From Octopus bimaculoides (Eukaryota), in contig NC_068982.1 of the NCBI RefSeq assembly GCF_001194135.2, positions 113,148,872-113,182,208 on the forward strand: a stretch of 33,337 nt of DNA. Direction: 5' to 3'. The first letter of the stretch is position 1, and each line of letters starts with the position of its first letter. The position numbers and the translations under genes are program-made. Positions 23,684-33,337 of the stretch are shown here, piece by piece. Below the pieces are notes generated by a model. The model made no database searches, was not told the origin of the DNA, and worked only from the letters and a program-made list of their open reading frames with translations.

Positions 23684-25987
23684 GTGTGTATGTATGTATG
23701 TATGTATGTTATATGTATGCATGTATCAAAGTATGTACGCTTGTATGTATGAATGCATTCATAAACGCAAGGAAGGAGAAATATAGGGTGAGAAACAGAG
23801 CAATCAGCTGAGAATATATCTTCTGCTACGCTGTTTTAATTTTGTATACGTAATATACATGTATAAAGCAAGACACAAATAATAAGGAACGTCGAGTGCG
23901 ATGCTTTAATCATGTTTTCGAATATAGTTTATCAACACACGTCCATTCAGTATTCAATTTGTAACTGGTTTGAATGGCTTTTGAAGTCACGCAAATCAGT
24001 TAAAACTGGAAAGTGAATACTGTTGTCTTTGAATTAACACAGTTTTATTACGTGTAATCAAATAACATATAATGCAATCACACATGCATTATAGGATATG
24101 AAAGCATGTGTTATCTGAGGTTGTTTGTGCTTGTATGAATGATAATCAAAAAAATTTTACAGATATAGTTATGAGGGTATAACTTCTTGATTGTTTAATT
24201 GTCAATAATCTCCATCATTAAGTTCATTTCATATCCTATTCTGTTCGTCAATAAATTATTGGTACAAGAAATATATAGTATTACTTAAAAATCAACCCTC
24301 ATTGAAAAAAATTACTAAAACAAAATATCTCGATAGTTGAAGATATACAAGTATCAATGTTATTTTCAAAGAGATTTTTATTGTTGTTAACTCCAATGCA
24401 GTTTGATTGCATATTTCATTTTCATCTCGAACATTGCGTAAATTTATTATCTTGCTTGGTCTCTCTTTTTCAAATCGAGAGGATATAATTTGAAGAAAAG
24501 CTGACTGTCGTTTTCAGTATTCTAAGTTGAGTAACATTATCCCTTTAAAAATTTTGAATATCTCACCATGTATAAATGCCAGAACAACTCTTTTGTAGTA
24601 GATAAACTGTTTTGCATTTTTTTAAAAATTCACAGTTATTTCTTTTGAAAATGAAGATCAATAATCAATTTGTGAAAATTCAGGTTTATGTAACGGAATA
24701 TTTGCTGAAATTTAGATATAATTTAAAATCATTTATCAGATTACAATGTAAACTTATAAAGATTTGGGAATTTGTAAAATATATTTACATAATAATTGTC
24801 TGAAGTTGCAAAATATTCATATATATTAAAATTAAGGTTGTTTTATTGAGCTTTATTTCAGTGGGTGGTGTACCTAAAACGTTAGTATCATTAAACGTGC
24901 TTCTCCCTTTTTGTAACAATAGCTAGATGGATTTAAAGGGTTTAGACTCAGAACATTATTGTAAGAAAATTCACATGGATAATAATCTGACGGGCTTCAC
25001 AGTGTACAAATGAATGAGGCAGTCGTTTGTTAGTGCTGAACATGCTATATATAACGACAAACTTTACCTCAAACCATACTGTACTGTTTATAAATAAGGT
25101 AATACAAATTGGAACTGATTTACAGAGCCAATATTCTGATGTTCAAGAATGAATTATGCTTAACCGACAATAGATAAAAACAACCGATACTGTATCTTTG
25201 AATTCTTTCTTTCAGACAAGTTACTCCAGTATTTCTAGGAATGGCTTATTCTAAACTATCTCACAAAATTACTAGTTGCAAGTGAAATTCTCAAGCTGTC
25301 TTCTTCAATTGTCACATATTAATTGCACTAACATCAATAGAAATTGACAACCAAAGTAATACTGTAAATACTCGCAAGGGAATTATTTCTATTTAACAAG
25401 TTTCAAATGGAATTAGACTATTGCACTAAGCGGTTTGCTTGACACTTTACACCATTTCATATTCCGTAGCTTGTTCTCAATTAAATGTTTCAAAGTGAGA
25501 GAAATAACATTTCTTAAGTCCTTCTAAATTCCAGTGAGTATTTCAAAGGAAATTAAATACAATAGAGCTTTCTTATGGGAAGCGTAGTCCCCAGACTACA
25601 ACAGTCTATCATTAGTTAATTATATCCCTTCCGTTTTTAGAGTAAATATAAACATAGTCTAATGACGATATATATTCTTGAGAGAATGACAATCTATTTC
25701 AGAATTTCTCTAATTTCCGCCACATCCATTTAATGATAAGTTCGTCAGAATGGAGATGAAATCGTTATAATGATGTGTGCCAGTAATCATTGGAGAAAAT
25801 AAATTAAAGTATTATAGATAACAATAAAATGTTCTATTTCCTTCGTAGTCCTTTCTATAAAGGTTTGATAGTGATGAATGTTAAAATGTATCACGTATTC
25901 CCATCACACATCAACTCAATGTTAGTTAGAGATGTGATGAAAGTATAAATGCTAATGATTAAGCATATTCAAATTTCTGTGATTATG

Positions 25988-26185
25988 TTAAAGGTGGTAT
26001 TTCCTTTGATTGTCCAGTGGGGAAAATGGGAATATTTCATATCCCATTCGATAGTTTATAACATCGGTGCCTGGAGAAGGGAGGCTGGTATGCATGGGTG
26101 AGTGTTGGTCTTCCATAAAGAACCTTGCCCGGTCTTGTGCCTCTGAGGAGGACTTTCTAGGTTCATTCAATGGTCATTCACAATC
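25988..26185 (+). repeat. Probable interspersed repeat fragment (retroposon UTR-like)
   Basis: GC-richer block (GGTCTTCCATAAAGAACCTTGCCCGGTCTTGTGCCTC...) resembling an octopus repeat from memory only. Confidence 0.3.
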
Positions 26186-26223
26186 TAGTGATTCAATTCG
26201 TTAGGGTGTAGCGATTCAATTCG

Positions 26224-26678
26224 GATGACCTAAAACTATACGCTACACACGATAAACAGCTGGAAACACTACTACAGACAGTACATGGATTTACCAAAGA
26301 AATAGATATGAAATTTGGATTAGAAAAATGTGCCAAAGCAACCCTGAAAAGAGGAAGACTAGTTAAGAGTAGCAACATCACACTAAATAAAGCCAATGAA
26401 ATAAGAGAATTAGACCACAGCCAGACATACAAATATTTAGGAATCAATGAACTAGATAGGATACAAGAATCACAAATGAAAGAGAAAATAAAGAATACTA
26501 TAGACGAGGTAGATCAATACTGAAAACAGAGCTCAATGCTAAAAACAAGATAATAGGTAATAACACTTTATCCGTCCCAGTTGTTTATAAGTTACATGAA
26601 CTACCGAAAATAGAGAGGGAAAACAAGAGAAATAATGACAGGACCTAGGATGCACCACCCAAAATCTGACATAGAAGG
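26224..26678 (+). mobile_element. R4/Dong-clade non-LTR retrotransposon RT fragment
   Basis: DDLKLYATHDKQLETLLQTVHGFTKEIDMKFGLEKCAKATLKRG, YKYLGINE, ILKTELNAKNKI, RMHHPKSDIE: (YM)DDLKLY, KFGLxKC, YKYLG and HHPKxD motifs typical of R4/Dong RTs; frameshift near 26490. Confidence 0.82.
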
Positions 26679-27769
26679 CTTTTGATCAAAATATTTGTGA
26701 CTATCAACAAGCATTACACATCTCGAAGTACATTGACTAACGTAACTTCCTTTTCCTTGTATTGTTTTATCTGATGATTATATGGCGGATATGTCTACCA
26801 GTTCAAAAAACTGAATAGTAGTTTTCTCGCAAATGGGGTGAGGGATGATTGTGGCGTTAAAGCACATGCCATGGTGGTGTTTATAACAGCTGACATTTTA
26901 CAATTGATACCTATAAACAATATCATCTTTTCTATGCTGTGAAAAATGAGAATATACAGCAAACAAGTTTAGAGTTGAATAACAATCTCACAAAAATCTG
27001 CAAATTTATTTAAAATTTGCAGCATAGTATCCTGCGTTTTGATACATGAATAGTTCTTCAACTCGTTATCACGCAACCAAAACAATTCAATTCAAAACTA
27101 TAGTTTTAAAACGTATATATGAGTTTAAAATAGTTCGGCGAAAATTTCTAGAGACAAAAGATGAAATCAGGTGATGTTAATATCAAATTCTGAATTGTTT
27201 CTCAGCTTAAAAAGACAACAAATAAGCATAGAATATTATTTTCAGTTAATATTTGATAATTTTTTAATAGCTCCGCTTAAGGATATACACGTACCACCAT
27301 TGGCGCACAAACATATATGTAAATACGTATTAAAATGAGACAATAATTTCGAAATTTTACCAAATATAGCAATTCAAGCTGTGTTCATACAAACGCACGC
27401 CCACACCCTCATACATACGTACGTACATACATATTATAATCTGACACTCTGACACATATATATATGTAAATATGTATGTGTGTTTGTTTGTGTGTGCGTG
27501 CGCACGCGTGTGTGTACATATTTGCAAAAATACAAATTAACCTCTTCAATTCGATATTAGCTAAGTTGGTGATTGTTTTTTATAAGAACTTAACAGACTA
27601 TGCTGTCGGTGGGAAAAGTGAAATGTTGCATCTTCTTTGGGAAAAGATAAACAAGTCATGAAATGGTCAGTCAGGAGACACACCCTATTTTCCTGCACAC
27701 CGAAAGAATAGAAGAAATACATTTCTATTCTAACTTAGTTCATTATTACTAAGACGTGACATTTAAATA

Positions 27770-28644
27770 TACGAGATGCTTTCAAAAAGTACCCGACCTT
27801 TGGGCATACAAAAGAAAAATTGTTCATTTCGCAAATTTTGTTTACTCATCTTCAAAATACACACCTTGACAATTCATACACTTCCCCAGTGGTCCTGCCA
27901 CTACTGATAGCACTTCTGGAACGTCTTCTGTGGAATGTTATGGAGCTACACCGTCACTTTTCGGTAATTTTCTCTCACGACGCAAATTGTTTCCCTTTCA
28001 GCGTATTTTTCAGTGTGAGGAAGAGCCAGAAGTCACACAGTGCCATGTCCAATGAGTAAGGAGTCTGTCGAAGAAATAGTGTGTTGTTCTAGATCAGGAA
28101 ATTTGGATTACAAGGTGCGTTCAAAAAGTACCCGACATTATTTTTTCGCCGACACTCTCTGCAGGCACAAATCCTCCGTTAAAATGGAATTTCCTGAACC
28201 TGTGCCTATTCCCACATTCTTTCGCCGAACCTCCTCAATCGGCTCCTCGTTTCGGCTTGTGAATGGCCAGCCTGAGCGTGCCTCTCTCGCTACTGAAGTG
28301 CCGCCATATTTGAAGCGGTTGTACGACTCTTTGAGCTGAGTTTTTCCCATGGCATCATCACCAACGGCCTGCTGAATCTTCTGGATCGTTTGAGTTTGAG
28401 TATCACCAAGCTTTTGGTAAAAATTTATGTATTCGGAAATCCGGCGTGAAAACAAAAATACAAGCGCTCACTAAATCTCTGCACTGTAGACATAACGGCC
28501 GGGAGCTAACGTGGTCTATTGGTGGAACATTTTTTCATGTTCGCAGTAATGGGTGAGGCAACCTCCCCTCAAAAGATTTTGCCCACATGGCATTAGGTTT
28601 GGCGGCAAAAAATAAAGTTAGATACTTTTTGAACGCACCTGGTA
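27770..28644 (-). mobile_element. Mariner element lacking its catalytic core, with three TIRs
   Basis: TIRs at 27770-27800 (TACGAGATGCTTTCAAAAAGTACCCGAC), 28109-28154 (TACAAGGTGCGTTCAAAAAGTACCCGAC) and inverted at 28599-28644; N-terminal transposase ORF 28138-28455 (KLGDTQ..IQKIQQAVGDDAMGKTQ...RFK.G.TSV..EARSG, ILTEDL..QRVSAK); C-terminal PYSLDMALCDFWLFLTLKNTLKGKQF at ~27985-28070; TA at each end. Confidence 0.9.
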
Positions 28645-28696
28645 TTTTAGTAGTTCTCACATTTTTCCCTGCATGAAAAGCTATAAGAATTCCTAG

Positions 28697-28810
28697 CTGT
28701 GTGTGTGTATGTATATATATGAGTACATGTGTGTTTGTGCTTGTGTGTGTGAGAGAGAGGGAGAGAGAGAGAGAAAGTGGGTGTGTATGAGCGTGCGTAT
28801 GTGTGTGTAT
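28697..28810. repeat. Compound (GT)/(GA)/(TA) microsatellite
   Basis: Read directly. Confidence 0.9.
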
Positions 28811-31079
28811 GTATTAGCACAATCCAAGATTTAAAGTTTTGTAAAGCCCCCTCCCCCCAAAAGAATAACTGAATTGAAGTTATAGTCAAAACGTGGTAAA
28901 AAGGAAGGACCGTAGCAATATTACATAATTTCATACACAATTCATTTTAAATACATTGGATAAAATTATTGCTACTGGTATAAATCTGTGTAGCGTATTT
29001 TTTTTTTTTTTTGCAGAATGCGATGTTTTTCAATTTATGATAAACGATTGAGTTGTTATCAATTTTTTATAACTAAAATTAACCGTTTTAAAGTAAAATA
29101 AATTTGGGCGTGTGTATTACAAAAGTGAAATATGTTTTTTGTAAGAGATATTCATTTAAGCAAGCTCTAAATACAATTGCGCTAAATTTGAAAAGTCAGT
29201 ACCTGTTAGTAACAGAATGGACTTCTAGAAACTAAAAAACAGAAGCACACTTATACTAATTTTATGTCAACGCAAAATGATATATTTTAAAAACGATAAG
29301 TTTAGTGACAAAATGTAAAAAGAATACAGTCTTTTATAACAAAGTTGTAAAACTTTCATTTTTGAAGACGATAAATACAAAATTTGTATTCTGATAAATT
29401 TTCGTTTTAAATAAAACTTAGTATATAAATTAAAATATGCAGTCTAGTTTCCTATCATTAAAATTAGTTTAGCTTAACCTTTTTAAAACGATACGAAATT
29501 ATTTTTGGTGAAATGCAAGTAAACAAACTAAGACCAATATGTTTTTAGAACAAACTGAGTTTTCCTCTCATATTAATTTTATTGTGATTTTGTGAAGATG
29601 AAGTCCGAAATGCGGTTGTATTATAATTTTGATTGACAGTAGTAATAGACCTTAGATTAATTTAATAAATTGAAATCATTAAAATCGTACTGACTGTATT
29701 GTTGAATGATGGAAGGTCTGTTCTGGTTCAATAATATATAATCTGTAACATTAGAAAAATGACCAGCTGTAATTAAACAAAAGTTATGTAAATATAAATT
29801 AGATCTTTTAGCAACTGATCTAAGAAACCGATAAAACAAATAATGGTTCAAATAAGTTTATACATTACAAAATATGATTACAGGAAAATGCATGTAAAAT
29901 AGAATAAATGTGTAATATAATATCCTATACTAAAAGCAGCTTACCATATTAAATATCAATTAGCTAGTTCCCTGTTAATTCTAATGCCCTTGATCATAAA
30001 AAATATTGTACAAATTATTAATAGAAAAACAATATAAGATAGGCGCCTCATTATGCAGCATAAATTTAAATCAATACCATGTTCGTATGTCTATAAAGTA
30101 TAAAGTATACTTGTTACTAAAAGCAATATGCAATAGATGAAGCAACCATATTATTAAATTCAAGAAAGTACATTCTTGGCTGAGAATATCAATATTTGTG
30201 TGAATTCCGGACAATCTCATAGTAGGGTAATACGGAAAAACTCCTGCGGAGTTAATGTACATACTGAAGAACCATGTACTGATAGATGAGTGGAACTTAG
30301 AGGAACCAATTTAAGCATTTTGGTTTTAAAAAGAAAACAAAATATTTTAAAGGCAACCTTGAAGAAACTGAGAGTAAAAAATTAATTTTAAAAATGTATT
30401 AAAACAATTTTATTCGGTAGATTTAGAAAGAATTTAGATATTAGGTGGTCTTGTAATAGGGTACTTGATGTTGCGATATATGAAATGAGAAATACATCAT
30501 ATACTAACCTTCAAATCGCAATATTCTTTAGACGAAGAAGTTACGGTTATTTATAAATGAATGTTAAAAAGAAATGCGCGGCAGAAGGAGTTACTTACAG
30601 AAAGTAAAATACAATATATCTCATGCGTTCTAGGTACATCTGTTAAACGTAGAAAGATACAAATTACTGTTTAACAGTTGAAAAAGGTCTCTTCAATCCT
30701 CAATTGAAACATTCCCCTCAAAACAACAAATATCATACGCTATTTTATTTAAATACCTTACTCGACTACCAAAGATTTTGGTCAAACCTTTGAGAATTCC
30801 GATCTCTGGAAATGAAAAAGGCAACCTAATATCAAAAATAAAATCATTGTAATTACAACATTAATCGTCCACTTATAAAAAATTGATTAACTGTCTATTC
30901 AGCCTCTGTGAACTCGAATGAAATCTCTATTGCATATGTAACATTAAGTCTTAATTCGTGCAAAGCAGATATTTTGGTACTTTGTTTCCTTATTCGCCTT
31001 TATATCCTTGAACAAGCCGCGTCAACTTTGAATTTCTAAATCATATGAAGTTCTTACTTCCGGCCTCCAATTACTATTA

Positions 31080-31107
<28 letters not shown>

Positions 31108-31110
<3 letters not shown>

Positions 31111-31402
31111 AGCGAAAACACCTAAAGCTCCACGAGGCTCCGTCCGGGGATGGTGGTGAACCCTGCTGTACTCTTTCACCACAACTTTCTCTCACCCTTA
31201 CTTCCTGTTTTTGTTGTGCCTGTAATTCAATGGGTCAGCCTTGTCACACTGTGTCACGCTGAATATCCCCGTGAACTACGTTAAGGGAACACGTGTCTGT
31301 GAAGTGCTCAGCCACTTGCACGTTAATTTCACGTGCAGGCTGTTCCGTTGATCGGATCAACTGAACCCTTCAACGTCGTAAGCGACGGAGTGCCAACACA
31401 CA

Positions 31403-31403
<1 letters not shown>
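31108..31403 (+). mobile_element. 3' end of a non-LTR retroposon/SINE inserted between microsatellites
   Basis: GC-richer 296-bp block bounded by (TA)n on the left and a CAAC/(CA)n tail on the right; its terminal 40 bp recurs inverted at 21103-21142. Confidence 0.7.
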
Positions 31404-31454
<51 letters not shown>

Positions 31455-31516
31455 ACACACACACACACATATGTATGCATGTATGTATGTATGTATGTAT
31501 ATGCGTGCGAGTGTAT
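31404..31516. repeat. (CA)n/(TATG)n microsatellite
   Basis: Read directly. Confidence 0.95.
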
Positions 31517-31845
31517 GTGCAATATTGCGAAATGTAATTCTAATTAACACATTTTTAAAATATTGGTATAAGCTAAAGTTAATGTATTTATTGTTGATAG
31601 TAGAACAGAAAATATATATGCTTAAATGTCATTTATGTATGCCAGCCCATCGAAGTTTAAGTGGATCATTTCACTACGTGTTACTGCCTTTTATTATGTA
31701 ATTTATAATTATCATTTAGCTTACCATTGTTTCACAAATCATCTCATTTTAAAGGATGGTGAAAATATATGAAAATAATTTGGTTTACGTATCAGTCTAA
31801 AGACTGATGTATTCTTGGTTTATCATTTAGACTAACAGATTCAAT

Positions 31846-32272
31846 GAGGTAATATTTATCTGCACTTAAATGTAGATGTTCTATTAGAACAAACTATACT
31901 GCCTCAGATACCATGAGAGACACTCTCATATTGGCTTTTGGTACAAAATGCATCTTGGTTATATCGCCAGTGGGGAGGTAAATTGCTGCCATCTCCAATG
32001 CCGAGACCACCGGATCACGTGATTTTGACCTTCGTTATTCTTGAAAATGATGGACATTCGAGCGCTAGAAGTAGCAGCGACTCATCTGACCGCCAGAGAT
32101 ATATAGAAAAACAGTGCCAGATCAGGCGCAGGTGTCGCGATTAGCCAGTGAGCTTGTTAAAAATGATATATTAGCATGAGAAGCAGTATTAATACCTAGA
32201 GGTAATATTTATACACACTAAAACGTACGTGTTCTGTTAGAACAAACTATACCATGGTATATAACATGAGAG
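31846..32272 (+). repeat. Pair of 74-bp direct repeats enclosing a 279-bp GC-richer core
   Basis: 31846-31919 vs 32199-32272 align ungapped at 58/74. Confidence 0.8.
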
Positions 32273-33014
32273 TCAATGTAATTTTTTTAATCTATGCAAT
32301 ATGTAAAACAATAATAAATAATAATGACAAATGACCGGAATTGATTAGTGTAATTGAAAGATATTTTCTCTCCATTTTGTATAAATCTACGAAATGGTAG
32401 AAGTGCTAATAAAATCCTTTCTTTTTTCTTTCTTTTTTGAGAGGGGGCGCAAAAGTGATGAAATGTACAGTTAGTGTTCGCGTGGTTTAAACTTGTTTAT
32501 AGTAGAACAAAATCAAATACTCTCAGTCATTTAGTGCCTTAGCGTATCGTTTCTGCAATTCAACAGTCTTTAAATTTGAATGAGAATATTAAATTAATTC
32601 TAATACAAATGAGACTTGTATGTTCAATAATTAAATTGCCCAGAATTTTTTAATGAGAAAACTTCTAATATTTGAGAAAATTCTATATCCCAGATGTATC
32701 AACGTTACTGAATTTCAGATTGCTTCTATTAAATAACAGGTTAGTCTCTGGAAATGTTTTAGAGAATGTAGAACGATAAAAGTTCTACAGAATAAAGTGG
32801 GTGAATGAACCACTAACAATACATATATGAATATGAAAAAGAGATAAGAAAAAATGTATCTTTAAGGTGTGTATACTTTTCAGATATTAATATCTCCAAA
32901 ATATACTCTGTATAGATAAATGCATGCATATATGTGCGTGCGCCTATGTATGTTTCTGCGTATACACATTATTTCCAAGTAAGTATGTAAATATGTATAC
33001 ATCAATGTATAAAT

Positions 33015-33017
<3 letters not shown>

Positions 33018-33049
<32 letters not shown>

Positions 33050-33085
33050 TGTCTGACTGGTAAGCCGGAACCTTACTGCTTCGTC

Positions 33086-33112
<27 letters not shown>
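33018..33112. repeat. Two (TA)n arrays separated by a 40-bp unique insert
   Basis: Read directly. Confidence 0.9.
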
Positions 33113-33119
<7 letters not shown>

Positions 33120-33337
33120 GTAACGTCGACCACTAACGTGGACAATTAATGCGCTAGAAATAGATCACATTTTGTGTCTATTAAGACCTAAAAAGTTCTC
33201 AACATGAAATATAGCAGCATACCAAAAACGTGAGCGGGCAAGACATTTAAAATCACATTAAAAAATCATTATTAAACAGGAACCAGGTTTCTGATTTAAC
33301 AAATTCTTACCATTTGTCTATTCCTCATCAGCCTGAT
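33113..33337 (-). mobile_element. Probable PLE pseudo-LTR abutting a (TA)n array
   Basis: Carries a hammerhead motif and ends exactly at a TA microsatellite, both typical of PLE termini; continues beyond the window edge. Confidence 0.5.
33275..33337 (-). ncRNA. Minimal type-I hammerhead ribozyme-like motif (partly degenerate)
   Basis: Minus strand: AUCAGG-CUGAUGA-GGAAUAGACAAAU-GGUAAGA-AUUUGUUAAAUCA-GAAA-CCUGG-UU-CCUGUU: both conserved boxes, stem II hairpin, quasi-palindromic stem III (ACCUGGU), stem I CAGG/CCUG. Confidence 0.6.

Noticed and set aside
26768-26815. CTGATGA motif after the Dong fragment as a hammerhead
   Set aside because: No GAAA box or stem II downstream.
28998-29016. Strong poly-T/CAG splice acceptor
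   Set aside because: No good donor or recognisable open reading frame follows; poly-T tracts are common here.
31938-32144. 68-aa ORF between the direct repeats
   Set aside because: Starts at TTG, has no recognisable motif, and its length is expected by chance in a GC-richer block.

Overview
Repeat-rich, AT-rich eukaryotic non-coding DNA (intergenic or deep intronic) from a draft assembly with 7 N-gaps, most bordered by microsatellites. The microsatellite density and SINE families recall a cephalopod (Octopus-like) genome; this is inference from memory, not a database result. No intact host gene, rRNA, tRNA or CRISPR array is supportable. Recognisable content is decayed mobile DNA: a long Penelope-like retroelement (RT plus C-terminal GIY-YIG), further PLE endonuclease/pseudo-LTR pieces, two CR1-clade LINE fragments, R4/Dong-like and L1/Tx1-like fragments, two deleted mariner elements, several SINE/3'-end fragments and three foldback/MITE-like elements. 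Most interesting structures: (1) a minimal type-I hammerhead-ribozyme motif at the right edge (minus strand); (2) a 586-bp foldback with a perfect 8-bp TSD, 72-bp perfect inner arms and an inverted telomeric-repeat core; (3) a mariner whose catalytic core appears replaced by an inverted copy of its own 5' end, giving three TIRs. I found no convincing evidence of a new multi-gene system.
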